This document shows, piece after piece, positions 30,759-40,775 of a DNA stretch of 64,000 bases; the stretch's first letter is position 1; each line of letters begins with the position of its first letter. The notes under the pieces were generated by a model, which saw only the letters and a list, made by a program, of their open reading frames with translations, was not told the origin of the DNA and did not search any database. Location: positions 2,437-66,436 of the forward strand of contig CALLNY010000022.1 in assembly GCA_938005475.1 (NCBI GenBank). The letters are read 5' to 3'. Origin of the DNA: an uncultured Bacteroidia bacterium. Lineage in GTDB: Bacteria; Bacteroidota; Bacteroidia; J057; CALLMJ01. The translations under genes were made by a program, and so were the position numbers.

Positions 30759-31332
30759 ATAATAAATTTTTTTCTATATAATCGTAAACGACACTAGGAA
30801 CCATGAACTGACAATGTTTGCCCTCTGCGCGCAATTTACGAAATGTGGTTGCAGAAATTTCTATCATGGGTGCTTCAATTTTTTTTATTCTTTTAGAGTT
30901 GATGGAGGGATTTTTTGAGCCAATTCTTGGATATACATAAATATCGTAGTATTTTAAAATAGCTTCATAGTTTTTCCATTTATGTAAAGTTTCTAAATTA
31001 TCTTCTCCCATCAAAATAGAAAATTCATAATCGGGATATTGATTGTTCAAATGAACTAAAGTATCAATCGTATAAGAGGGTTGAGGCAAGAGAAACTCGA
31101 TGTTAGAAGGTTTTATATGAGAGTGGTTTTGAGTGGCTAATTCTACCATAGTAAAGCGGTCGTAATCGGGTGCAAGTGTTTTTTTTTCTTTGAGGGGATT
31201 TTGAGGGGATACGACTAACCAAACCTGATGAACATCGGTTTGATTTAGCACCGTTTCAGCTATGATTAAATGCCCTACATGGACAGGGTTAAATGAACCA
31301 AAGTAAAGGCATATCTTAAATTTTTGTTGCAT
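30748..31332 (-). CDS. nadD: Nicotinate-nucleotide adenylyltransferase
   Basis: FGSFNPVHVGH, SPQNPLK, PSYTIDTL, MGEDNL..LHKWKN, ISAT. Confidence 0.96.
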   Translation of the reverse strand: MQQKFKICLYFGSFNPVHVGHLIIAETVLNQTDVHQVWLVVSPQNPLKEKKTLAPDYDRFTMVELATQNHSHIKPSNIEFLLPQPSYTIDTLVHLNNQYPDYEFSILMGEDNLETLHKWKNYEAILKYYDIYVYPRIGSKNPSINSKRIKKIEAPMIEISATTFRKLRAEGKHCQFMVPSVVYDYIEKNLLYGN

Positions 31333-31437
31333 GGTAAATAATTTGCAAAAATACGAATTTTTAAATGATGGTCTAAAATATAATCTTAATGGGATTTATA
31401 TTCAGTAATAAAATCTTTGTTTAACTTTTTATAAAAT

Positions 31438-31469
31438 ATGCACGAACAATAACTAAATTATTCGTGCAT
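31438..31469 (-). terminator. Hairpin after DUF3127 gene
   Basis: ATGCACGAA...TTCGTGCAT inverted repeat. Confidence 0.5.
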
Positions 31470-31494
31470 GTACAAAAATTACAATAGATTTTAC

Positions 31495-31896
31495 TCAGAA
31501 TGGCAGATCGTCATTTTCTTCATTTATGTTATAGGTTTGATTTTCTGAGTTAGATGCGGACTCATGGTGAGAGATATTTTGTACGTTATGAGTGCTGGTA
31601 TTGGTAGTTTGGTTATTATCTAGTTTGACGATACGCCAAGCATCAAGAGTATTGAAAAAAATCTCCTGATTTTGCTGGTTAATCCATTTTCTGCCCTTTA
31701 AGTTAAAAGAGACTTCAACTCTATCCCCTAATTTAAAATTGTTTAGGTCATCACATTTTTCTTGGATGGCTTCAAATTTAATAAATTGAGGATAGGATGG
31801 ATTTTCTGAGAACTCTAAAACGAACTCACGTTTTCTGAAAGTAGGGTTTATTTGTTGAGTATCGTAAATACGATAAATTGTTCCTATTATTTGCAT
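31495..31896 (-). CDS. DUF3127 family protein (SSB-like OB fold)
   Basis: FRKREFVL, YPQ.IKFE, V.VSFNLKGR.W, FNTL.AWRI, acidic DDLPF tail. Confidence 0.88.
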   Translation of the reverse strand: MQIIGTIYRIYDTQQINPTFRKREFVLEFSENPSYPQFIKFEAIQEKCDDLNNFKLGDRVEVSFNLKGRKWINQQNQEIFFNTLDAWRIVKLDNNQTTNTSTHNVQNISHHESASNSENQTYNINEENDDLPF

Positions 31897-31910
31897 ATTT
31901 TTAATATTTT

Positions 31911-33914
31911 TTATTCGACGATAGTGATTTCAACTCTACGGTTCCATTGTTTTAATCTAGGGTTGTTATTGTCATAAAGGGGCACAGATTCTCCTTTCCC
32001 TTCAATGGTAATGCGAGAAGGTTCAATACCTTGGTCTATGAGATATTGTTTAACAGCGGAGGCTCTATTTTCGGATAGTTTAAGATTATAAGATTCAGAA
32101 CCGTCTGAGTCTGTATGACCAACAACTTTTATTTTGATAGTGGGAAGCATTTTCATGATATTAATCAAATTATCAAGTTCGGGAATGGATTCAGTTCTGA
32201 GAGTATATTTGTCATAATCAAAGAAATGCCAACTTAATAAAATTTTGTTGCCCATAGGATTTTTTTGTAAAGAAATATGCTTGGGTTGAACATTGATCTC
32301 TTCTCCTGGAAAAACATAAAAATCCTCAAAGTATCTTAAATGACCGGGTGCTTCTACTTCTATTTTATATTTTTTTCCTGAAAAAGCAGGTATAATAAAT
32401 TTTCCTGTTTTAGGATCCGTATTTACTCTTTGAACGACTTCAGATGTTTTAGCATCAATCAATTTAATTTCACCTTTAATAGGAGTTCCACTAACCAATT
32501 CAAAAATATTACCTCTTAAAATCACAGGAGCACCAGTAATTTCTTCTGTTTCATTACTATTTTGATTGTTTGGAGAGGTTAATAGGCCATTTTTATAGGC
32601 AAAATAGATACTATCTTTTTGTCTTTCTAATTCCCGTAAAGCTAACACAGAGTCTTTGAAGGGGGGGTTCCAATCAATCAAATAAATATCCATACCACCA
32701 AATCCACCTGCTCTATTTGAGGAAAAATAACCTATTTGTAGTTCATCGTAAACGGAGTAAAAAATATCGTCTGCGCCAGTGTTCAAAGGATAGGGTAACT
32801 TTTCGGGAAGGCCGGTGTCTAGGTCTCCGAGTTTAATTCTGAAAATATCATAACCACCAATACTTAAATCGGAGCGGGAAGAGAAATATAGGAATTCACC
32901 GATAATGAAAGGAGCATCTTCATCATAGGGAGTATTGATAGCCAATGGTTCTGGGTTAGACCAGCCCCCGCCTTCACGTTGTGCTACGTAAATATCTAAA
33001 CCACCTTTTCCTCCCGGTCTATTGGATGTAAAATAAACCGTTTGAAAATCTTCTGAAAAACAGAAAGAAGTTTCCCAATATTTTGTATTTAAGCCTTTTA
33101 CTGGAGTAGGTTTACTCCATTTATTGCCTATTTTCTTACTAACGCAAATATCACCACCATTGATAGATTTATAGAGATACATTTCATTACCCTCGGGGGA
33201 AACTAAAATAGAAGCTTCATGATTTTTTTTTGATTTTATAGAATGCAATATAGTTTTATGCCATACTCCAGTGTTAGTTTCTAATTCTGCTTCATAAATA
33301 TCTTCATTGATATCATGGTGATAAGCGGCAAATTGATATTGTTTTACACCTTTACGAGGTCTACGAGAAGTAAAACGCATCTGCGTAAAATCTGCGTTAA
33401 AAATAGGGGCATACTCAAAATATCTTGTATTGACAAAAGGACCGATATTATTGATGAGTACTATAGCACTATCTTTTATAGCATCTATACCATTTTTACA
33501 CTGTTGTATAAAGTGGTCCATCAAAGCAATAGAATCTCCACTGGTATTTTCTTTGTAAAGCTCATAATATGGAATGGCTTTCTCAAAATCATTATTCATA
33601 TGATACACTTCGGCAAGGCGTAAGTATATATCTTTAAACATTCCTGGACTCATTGCATTAGAATGCTCAAAAAATAGTTGGGAATTTTTATAATCTTGTA
33701 CTTCTCGATAACATATACCTAATAAATATGCTGGATATGCGTCTGTGGCATTTTTATTTAGGGCTAAATGTAAGTAGGGGATTGATTTATGGAATTCACC
33801 GATTTTCATGAGTTTTTTGGCTTTCTGAATTTCCTTCTTTTGGGCATAGGAATTAGCATGTAAAATAGCAAGAACAATCAATAGTTGTATAAGTATTCGA
33901 GTAATACTTTTCAT
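31911..33914 (-). CDS. TPR + PD40 + OmpA-C (PorE-like) peptidoglycan-binding protein
   Basis: N-terminal TPR, PD40 repeats (YFTSNRPGG.GGLDIY, FSSNRAGG.GGMDIY), OmpA GHTDSDG...YNL.LS..RA..V...NRRVEI. Confidence 0.9.
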   Translation of the reverse strand: MKSITRILIQLLIVLAILHANSYAQKKEIQKAKKLMKIGEFHKSIPYLHLALNKNATDAYPAYLLGICYREVQDYKNSQLFFEHSNAMSPGMFKDIYLRLAEVYHMNNDFEKAIPYYELYKENTSGDSIALMDHFIQQCKNGIDAIKDSAIVLINNIGPFVNTRYFEYAPIFNADFTQMRFTSRRPRKGVKQYQFAAYHHDINEDIYEAELETNTGVWHKTILHSIKSKKNHEASILVSPEGNEMYLYKSINGGDICVSKKIGNKWSKPTPVKGLNTKYWETSFCFSEDFQTVYFTSNRPGGKGGLDIYVAQREGGGWSNPEPLAINTPYDEDAPFIIGEFLYFSSRSDLSIGGYDIFRIKLGDLDTGLPEKLPYPLNTGADDIFYSVYDELQIGYFSSNRAGGFGGMDIYLIDWNPPFKDSVLALRELERQKDSIYFAYKNGLLTSPNNQNSNETEEITGAPVILRGNIFELVSGTPIKGEIKLIDAKTSEVVQRVNTDPKTGKFIIPAFSGKKYKIEVEAPGHLRYFEDFYVFPGEEINVQPKHISLQKNPMGNKILLSWHFFDYDKYTLRTESIPELDNLINIMKMLPTIKIKVVGHTDSDGSESYNLKLSENRASAVKQYLIDQGIEPSRITIEGKGESVPLYDNNNPRLKQWNRRVEITIVE

Positions 33915-33991
33915 GTATTGTTTACTTTAAGATGCAAAGATACTGTTTTTAAGTTTTTAGTAAACGTTTGTTTGTGTTTTTTTTCCACAAA

Positions 33992-34825
33992 TTATAATCC
34001 TTTGCAGTATTTAAATAATTCCCAATTTCTTTTAACCCATATCGGTTCATGAACACGTAATATATTCACTCCTCTTTCTATTAGTTTACTGTGTAAACTT
34101 TCTTGGATTGGAATTAACTCTTGCCATGAACAATGAAAAAATTTAGTTAACATAGATTTACGAGAAATTCCTGCTAGAATGGGAAATCCCAAATGTTGAA
34201 AAACAGTAATATTTTCCAATAGTTGATAATTATGTTGAAGGGTTTTGCCGAAGCCAAAGCCTGGGTCTAAAATTAAGTTATAAAACTCAAAAGCAAAAGC
34301 AGTGGATAGCTTGTTTAAAAAAAAATCATAAATATCCTGGACAACATTATCGTAAGTTGGGTTATTTTGCATGGTTTGGGGAGTACCTTGTGCGTGCATG
34401 AGGATGTAAGTAGCATTATAAGATTTACATAATTGTAGCATTATTTCATATTCTTCTCCCATTACATCATTGACGATGTTTACACCATAATCAAGGGATT
34501 TATGAGCAACTTCTGCGTAGAAAGTGTCTACCGAGATGAGAATATCCTGGGGGCAGTTACGATGTATCCATTGCAAGATAGGTTCTAATCTAGTCCATTC
34601 TTCTGTTGGAGAAAACCTTTGAGCGTTAGGTCTTGTGGATTGCCCACCTATGTCAACGATTTTTGCGCCATATTGTATAAGTTTTTCAAAATGTTTGATT
34701 TGTTCATTTAAATTAGTGTATTTACCACCATCAGAAAAAGAATCTGGGGTTACATTTAAAATTCCCATGATATAAAATTCTGAGAAATCTAACCACTTTC
34801 CGTTGGCGGGGTAAACTTTTTTCAT
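33992..34825 (-). CDS. folP: Dihydropteroate synthase
   Basis: MGILNVTPDSFSDGG, DIGGQSTRP, ISVDTF, DPGFGFGKT, GISRKS, RVHE. Confidence 0.96.
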   Translation of the reverse strand: MKKVYPANGKWLDFSEFYIMGILNVTPDSFSDGGKYTNLNEQIKHFEKLIQYGAKIVDIGGQSTRPNAQRFSPTEEWTRLEPILQWIHRNCPQDILISVDTFYAEVAHKSLDYGVNIVNDVMGEEYEIMLQLCKSYNATYILMHAQGTPQTMQNNPTYDNVVQDIYDFFLNKLSTAFAFEFYNLILDPGFGFGKTLQHNYQLLENITVFQHLGFPILAGISRKSMLTKFFHCSWQELIPIQESLHSKLIERGVNILRVHEPIWVKRNWELFKYCKGL

Positions 34826-34828
34826 TTA

Positions 34829-37135
34829 TTAACGATTTAATTGCATGGGATTTAATCCTTTTTCGTTGTTGGGTTTATAAAGTTGAAACTTATTATAAGT
34901 AATTTCTGGCGGGAAAACATTATTTTGGGTATCAATATCTGCGGTTTCTGCGAAGGGGTCTAGTAGAAATTTTTTAACAGGCTTATCTGTGATGAATAAT
35001 TTGGTAACTTTTTGATTATTTTTTCTCCAAATTTCTGCGGGAATACGTTGGATTTGTTGCGTACCGTCTTCATGAAGAAGCTGTAAGATAATGGGCATGA
35101 CAAGTCCTCCTTTATTTTCAAAAGAAACTAAATAAAAATGTTTTTTTTCTTGTAATTGACTTTTTTCAATTTCGTTGAGTGTATTTAAGAAACGCTGATA
35201 ATTTTTACGTTCATAATCGTATACATTAAGTTCGTCGTAGGTATTATAGAAATCTAATAATTCAGGGAAGTCGTCGGTACGAACCTTTTTAATATCAGAG
35301 GCATCTCGTTGTTTAGCGATAGATTTAGGTTTGCTATCACGAATAGATTTTTGTAGAGGTTTTTCGATATCGGGGTTTTGAGTATCAATTTGTAGCCAAT
35401 GGACGTTGGTTATGGCTATATCAACGGGGTCGGTAGAATAGAACCAGCCTCTCCAGAACCAGTCTAAATCTATTCCTGTGGCGTCTTCCATAGTTCGGAA
35501 GAAATCTGCGGGTTCAGGGTGTTTAAAAGCCCAGCGTTGGGCGTAGGTTTTAAAAGCAAAATCAAAAAGTTCTCTTCCTAGAATAGTTTCCCTTAAAATA
35601 TTCAAAGCGGCGGCTGGTTTAGCATAAGCATTATTTCCGAATTGAGTAATGCTTTCTGAATTAGTCATAATTGGCTCTAAACCACTTTTATCTCCTGACA
35701 TGTAAGCAATTACAGAGGAAGGTTCTCCTCTACGGGTAGGATAATCTCTTTCCCATTCTTTTTCCGCTAAATATTGTACAAAAGTATTTAGACCTTCGTC
35801 CATCCAAGTCCATTGGCGTTCATCGGAAGAGATAATCATCGGAAAGAAATTATGCCCGACTTCGTGAATAATCACAGAAATTAAACTGTATTTTGTAAAT
35901 TTATGATAAGTTCCGTCAGGTTCAGGTCTGGGACCATTAAAACAAATCATAGGATACTCCATTCCGTAGACGGGTCCATTAACAGAGATAGCCACGGGAT
36001 AAGGATAATCAATAGTAAAACGAGAGTAGACTTGCAAGGTATGGGCTACTGCATGCGTAGAATATTTTTCCCATAGAGGGTTCGCTTCTTTGGGATAGAA
36101 AGACATAGCCATAACGGTTTGATTTCCAATTTTTACGCCCATAGCGTCCCAAATAAATTTTCGGGAAGAAGCAAAAGCAAAATCTCTTACATTACGAGCA
36201 ACAAATTTCCAGGTTTTGTTAGTGGTAGCCTTGGGGGCATTTTCATTTTTTATAGCCTCTTCTTGGGTGATAATCAAAACAGGCTTATTGGCTGTTTTAG
36301 CCTTTTCTAGACGTTGTATTTGAGTTGCACTTAAAACTTCGTTAGGATTTTGTAGTACACCCGTTGCGGCAACTACATGGTCTGATGGAACCGTAATGTT
36401 GACGACATAATCCCCGAATTCTAATGCAAATTCACCATTACCAAGGTATTGTTTGTGTTGCCAGCCTCTCACGTCATTGTAAACACACATTCTAGGAAAC
36501 CAATGCGCCATTTCATAAAGATAATTACCATCTTTCTCAAAAAATTCATAGCCCGTCCTGCCACCATGTGTTTTATGGTTGTTAATATTGAAAGACCACT
36601 CCACTTTGAACTTATATGCAGATTTAGGTTCTAATACTTTGGGTAAATCTATACGCATCATCGTTTTGACAACCGTAAATTTTAAAAGATTACCTTTTTC
36701 GTCTGTAACTTTTATATCCTTAATTCCACCATCAAACTCATTTCTTTTCCACTGTTGAAAGCTTTCAAAGGTAACTTTTTCTAATTTATCGGAATGGGTT
36801 TCAGTTGTATAGGTATCCGAATTTTTATCAAAGATGTTTTGGTCTAATTGAAGCCATAGGTAATGCAGTTTATCAGGAGAGTTGTTATAATAAACAATAG
36901 TTTCTTTACCCATGATACGTTGCTTTTGGTCATCTAAGGTTACATCAATGAAATAGTCAGCGCGTTGTTGCCAGTAATCATGCCCTGGGGCTCCCGATGC
37001 CGTTCTATACGTGTTGGGTGTAGGTAACCACTCTTCTAATTGATGAAATTTAGAAGAGTTATACTGCGATAGTAAATACAGAGGAAATATCACAAAAAAT
37101 ATAGTACAGTGTTTTATAGTCTTTTTTGTGAACAT
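34829..37135 (-). CDS. Secreted M1-family zinc aminopeptidase
   Basis: YRTASGAPG..YWQQ.ADY, GMEYPM, HEVGH-x18-E (WMDEG); start at ATG 37135 gives a signal-like N-terminus. Confidence 0.93.
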   Translation of the reverse strand: MFTKKTIKHCTIFFVIFPLYLLSQYNSSKFHQLEEWLPTPNTYRTASGAPGHDYWQQRADYFIDVTLDDQKQRIMGKETIVYYNNSPDKLHYLWLQLDQNIFDKNSDTYTTETHSDKLEKVTFESFQQWKRNEFDGGIKDIKVTDEKGNLLKFTVVKTMMRIDLPKVLEPKSAYKFKVEWSFNINNHKTHGGRTGYEFFEKDGNYLYEMAHWFPRMCVYNDVRGWQHKQYLGNGEFALEFGDYVVNITVPSDHVVAATGVLQNPNEVLSATQIQRLEKAKTANKPVLIITQEEAIKNENAPKATTNKTWKFVARNVRDFAFASSRKFIWDAMGVKIGNQTVMAMSFYPKEANPLWEKYSTHAVAHTLQVYSRFTIDYPYPVAISVNGPVYGMEYPMICFNGPRPEPDGTYHKFTKYSLISVIIHEVGHNFFPMIISSDERQWTWMDEGLNTFVQYLAEKEWERDYPTRRGEPSSVIAYMSGDKSGLEPIMTNSESITQFGNNAYAKPAAALNILRETILGRELFDFAFKTYAQRWAFKHPEPADFFRTMEDATGIDLDWFWRGWFYSTDPVDIAITNVHWLQIDTQNPDIEKPLQKSIRDSKPKSIAKQRDASDIKKVRTDDFPELLDFYNTYDELNVYDYERKNYQRFLNTLNEIEKSQLQEKKHFYLVSFENKGGLVMPIILQLLHEDGTQQIQRIPAEIWRKNNQKVTKLFITDKPVKKFLLDPFAETADIDTQNNVFPPEITYNKFQLYKPNNEKGLNPMQLNR

Positions 37136-37277
37136 AAACACAAAAATAAATGTTTTTTGAATTGAAAAATAATTTTGCTTATAAAAGTAAATAAAAGCGT
37201 TATCTAATATAGTTTTTGAGGCCACACAAAATAATTCTTTTATTGTACATAAATATGTTGTATTTTTGTATTACTTT

Positions 37278-37742
37278 ATGAAGCCTTCTATTGTGATAAA
37301 TGAAAACCCACCCATTGTAAGGTGGAAAGAAAAAATGAGCATTCTTATGGTGACTTTTATTATGGTCGGCGTATGGCTGATATCCATACCCTGGTTAGGT
37401 TATTTTAATGGAAAGATTATTTTTAAAGACCTTTTTGAGATTTTAGGTTCATTAGCTGTTTTTAGTTTAGGTACATTTTTAACTTACTTGGGAATGAGTT
37501 CTTCTTATACTACGGTATATTTGAAAAATCACAATATTGTTGTAGAAAGACAAATCGGTCTTTTGCGATTTTACAAACAATATGATTTATCTGATGGTTA
37601 TTTAGTGTTAGAAGAACAAGAGGATGAAGACGGTATTTTATGGTATCATCTTGTAAAACATAAACCAAACGAAAAATTATACATTTTAAAGAATTTAGAA
37701 GCTCAAAATTATGAAGCACTAAAAAATTTCATAGTATCATGA
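37278..37742 (+). CDS. Hypothetical membrane protein (2 TM), overlaps the hemN start
   Basis: Two hydrophobic helices; ATGA overlap with hemN. Confidence 0.65.
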   Translation: MKPSIVINENPPIVRWKEKMSILMVTFIMVGVWLISIPWLGYFNGKIIFKDLFEILGSLAVFSLGTFLTYLGMSSSYTTVYLKNHNIVVERQIGLLRFYKQYDLSDGYLVLEEQEDEDGILWYHLVKHKPNEKLYILKNLEAQNYEALKNFIVS

Positions 37743-39121
37743 ACACTCATCAAAAGTTTTACGAATTAGTTGATAAATATAATGTTCAAGGACCAAGATA
37801 TACTAGCTATCCTACGGTTCCATACTGGGACGAAAAAAATTTTAGTGTTGATATTTATTTGAATACATTAGAAAAAACTTTTAGCGAATCTAATAATAAA
37901 GAAGGTATTAGTATCTACGTTCATTTACCGTTTTGTGAATCATTATGTACTTTTTGTGGTTGTAACAAGCGTATTACCAAGAATCATGGGGTGGAAGCGC
38001 CTTATATAGAGTTATTAAAAAAGGAATGGGATTTATATTTATTGTATTTTCGTGATAAGCCCAAAATTAAGGAAATCCATTTAGGAGGGGGTACACCGAC
38101 CTTCTTTTCACCTCAAAACCTTGAAAGTCTTATTACTTATTTGTTCGATACCAGTCAATTAAGTGGGCAACCAGAATTAGGTTTTGAAGCCCATCCTAAT
38201 AATACTACTTTGGAACATCTAAAAGTGCTATATGATTTAGGCTTTCGTAGGATAAGCATGGGGGTTCAAGATTATGACCCGATTGTGCAAGAAGCCATTC
38301 ATAGAATACAACCCTTTGAAAATGTAAAACGATTAACCGAATGGAGCCGTAATATTGGGTACACGTCGGTGAGTCATGATTTAGTATTTGGTTTACCCAA
38401 GCAAAAAGTATCTGGAATTATAGACACAGTTCAGAAAACCATTGCCTTAAATCCTGATAGATTGGCTTTTTATAGTTATGCCCATGTACCATGGATAGAA
38501 GGTATAATAGGGCAACGTGGTTTCTCTGATGAAGATATTCCTACAGGCTATGATAAACGAATACTATATGAAACGGGAAGAACTTTATTGGAAGAAGCAG
38601 GATATATAGAAATTGGAATGGACCACTTCGCAAAGCCTCATGATTCACTGTATCAGGCAGTCTTAAATAAAAATTTGCATAGAAATTTTATGGGCTATAC
38701 GATAGGTTTTTCTAAACTCATGGTAGGGCTCGGGGTTTCTTCTATCGGTGATACTTGGTTAGCATTTGGGCAAAATGAAAAAACATTAGAAAAATACGAG
38801 GAAAAAATTAAACAAAATCAACTTCCCATTTTCAGAGGACATATTTTAACGGATATAGACTTGATAATAAGAAAACATATTTTAAATATCATGTGTACTG
38901 GAGAAACCTCCTGGGAAAAAACGGAAACTTACTTCCCTGAAATATCCCAAGTTATAGAACACTTAAACGAAGCCACAAAAGATGGTTTAGTAGAAATAAA
39001 CGATAAACATTTGATTGTAACGCCATTAGGTAAAGCATTTGTTCGTAATATTGCAATGGCTTTTGATTTACACTTACAAAAAAAACAACCCCAAAGCAAA
39101 ATTTTTTCTTTGACCGTTTAA
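37739..39121 (+). CDS. hemN: Oxygen-independent coproporphyrinogen III oxidase
   Basis: GPRYTSYPT, YVHLPFCESLCTFCGCN (radical SAM), GGGTPT, IGMDHFA, RNFMGYT. Confidence 0.96.
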   Translation: MNTHQKFYELVDKYNVQGPRYTSYPTVPYWDEKNFSVDIYLNTLEKTFSESNNKEGISIYVHLPFCESLCTFCGCNKRITKNHGVEAPYIELLKKEWDLYLLYFRDKPKIKEIHLGGGTPTFFSPQNLESLITYLFDTSQLSGQPELGFEAHPNNTTLEHLKVLYDLGFRRISMGVQDYDPIVQEAIHRIQPFENVKRLTEWSRNIGYTSVSHDLVFGLPKQKVSGIIDTVQKTIALNPDRLAFYSYAHVPWIEGIIGQRGFSDEDIPTGYDKRILYETGRTLLEEAGYIEIGMDHFAKPHDSLYQAVLNKNLHRNFMGYTIGFSKLMVGLGVSSIGDTWLAFGQNEKTLEKYEEKIKQNQLPIFRGHILTDIDLIIRKHILNIMCTGETSWEKTETYFPEISQVIEHLNEATKDGLVEINDKHLIVTPLGKAFVRNIAMAFDLHLQKKQPQSKIFSLTV

Positions 39122-39196
39122 ATTTTTTTCCAAAATTTATTAACAACAGTAAAAGTTATTAATATTTGCCATAAATTTGAAAATCCAATTTCCTTT

Positions 39197-40072
39197 ATGA
39201 TAATATTAGGAAAATCTTCACGATTTAATGCCGATTTTGTTAGTCCTTTGTTTGATCCTAAATACTTCTCGGTATATAGGGTGTTACTTTATTTGAATGA
39301 AAAATCATTTTTGGTTTCTATTTTTAATACCAACGGAGAAGTACTGCTGATAAAAACTTTTTTAAACCTCAATCAATATGAAATATCGGATTTCTTGGGT
39401 AAAATTTGTTTTGAAGATGAACTCCTAAAAAATAAGTATGCTTCATGGGAAATTATCGTAAATCCTAAAAAATGGATGATTATCCCCGCAGAGTTCTTAC
39501 CAGACGGTGCAGAAAAAGACTATTTAGAGCAATTATTCAGAATAAATGATAGTGAAGTTTGTTTGCGTAATATGATTAAACCATTAGGCTTAAATATAAT
39601 TTTTGTTTTGGATAGTGAATTAATGAAAAAAGCTCAATACTACTTCCCCAACGTAGATATACGTCATTCAATTGCAAATTCAATTTTACATTACTATAAG
39701 TCTGCTACTTTTCAGCCAACAGGTTTTTTTGCCGCAATTGAATTATATGAAAATTTTCTAAACTATATAGTTTTTAATTTTGGTAACTTATTATTTGCTA
39801 ATCAATTTCAATTTGATACTCCCGATGATTTACTTTACAACATTATTTTAATTAATAATGGACTTTCCATCAATGAAAAAAATTTAGAACTCATTATGAC
39901 CGGTATCAATAGCCAATTCAATGAACTAAAAAGCATCATACAAGAACACTACCCACTTTTCAGAGAAATCCCTAATATCTATCCTCCTCAAATAGCTTTA
40001 GAGCAACAAGGCTTCAAATTATCTCAATACGCACCGTTTATTTTTCATTATCTAGAAAATAATAAAAAGTAA
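39197..40072 (+). CDS. DUF3822 family protein
   Basis: L.FAN.F.F.TPDDLLY.I motif; position upstream of rsmD is typical of Bacteroidota. Confidence 0.7.
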   Translation: MIILGKSSRFNADFVSPLFDPKYFSVYRVLLYLNEKSFLVSIFNTNGEVLLIKTFLNLNQYEISDFLGKICFEDELLKNKYASWEIIVNPKKWMIIPAEFLPDGAEKDYLEQLFRINDSEVCLRNMIKPLGLNIIFVLDSELMKKAQYYFPNVDIRHSIANSILHYYKSATFQPTGFFAAIELYENFLNYIVFNFGNLLFANQFQFDTPDDLLYNIILINNGLSINEKNLELIMTGINSQFNELKSIIQEHYPLFREIPNIYPPQIALEQQGFKLSQYAPFIFHYLENNKK

Positions 40073-40075
40073 TCC

Positions 40076-40603
40076 ATGAAAATCATTGCAGGCAAATTCA
40101 AAGGTAAACTAATCCCTTACGATGAATCTTTACCTGCTCGCCCAACCAAAAACATCGCAAAACAAGCTATTTTTAACTATATTGAAAGTCAGTTTGATTG
40201 GAACAATATCTCATTACTTGATTTGTTTGCAGGAACCGGTAATATCGGTTTGGAAGCACTAAGTAGGGGAGCTAAACAGGTTTATTTTGTTGATAATGCT
40301 AAAAATTGTCAAAAATATATCCTTAAAATCCTTAAAGAATGGCAAATTACAAATGCTCACTTCCTCTTAAAAGATTATTTAAAGTTTATTCAAGAAACCT
40401 CTTTAACTTTTGACATCATCTTTTTAGACCCTCCCTACCAAAAAATACCTTTACATATTATTATACCTAAACTACTAAATTTGCTTAATCCTGAAGGCTT
40501 GGTAATTTTAGAGCATTTATCTTCTGACTCTTTTACTAGTTGGAATGGTTTTCAGGAAAAAAAAGTTTATGGATTATCCGCATTTAGTATCTTTAAAAAT
40601 TAA
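40076..40603 (+). CDS. rsmD: 16S rRNA m2G966 methyltransferase
   Basis: MKIIAGKFKG, RPT, LDLFAGTG.IGLEALSRGA, FLDPPY. Confidence 0.93.
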   Translation: MKIIAGKFKGKLIPYDESLPARPTKNIAKQAIFNYIESQFDWNNISLLDLFAGTGNIGLEALSRGAKQVYFVDNAKNCQKYILKILKEWQITNAHFLLKDYLKFIQETSLTFDIIFLDPPYQKIPLHIIIPKLLNLLNPEGLVILEHLSSDSFTSWNGFQEKKVYGLSAFSIFKN

Positions 40604-40775
40604 ATAGACCAAAGCTTCATAGTTTATTTTGCTTCAAATTACTAATTATTCATTCTCAATATTTTGTCCTATTTTAGATTGTCTAATCTTGGTAATTTTT
40701 TTTGAATTGCTGAAATAAAATTTTTTTAGAAACATCACGATAATGGAATTTTATATAATTTTGTGAGCCAAATTC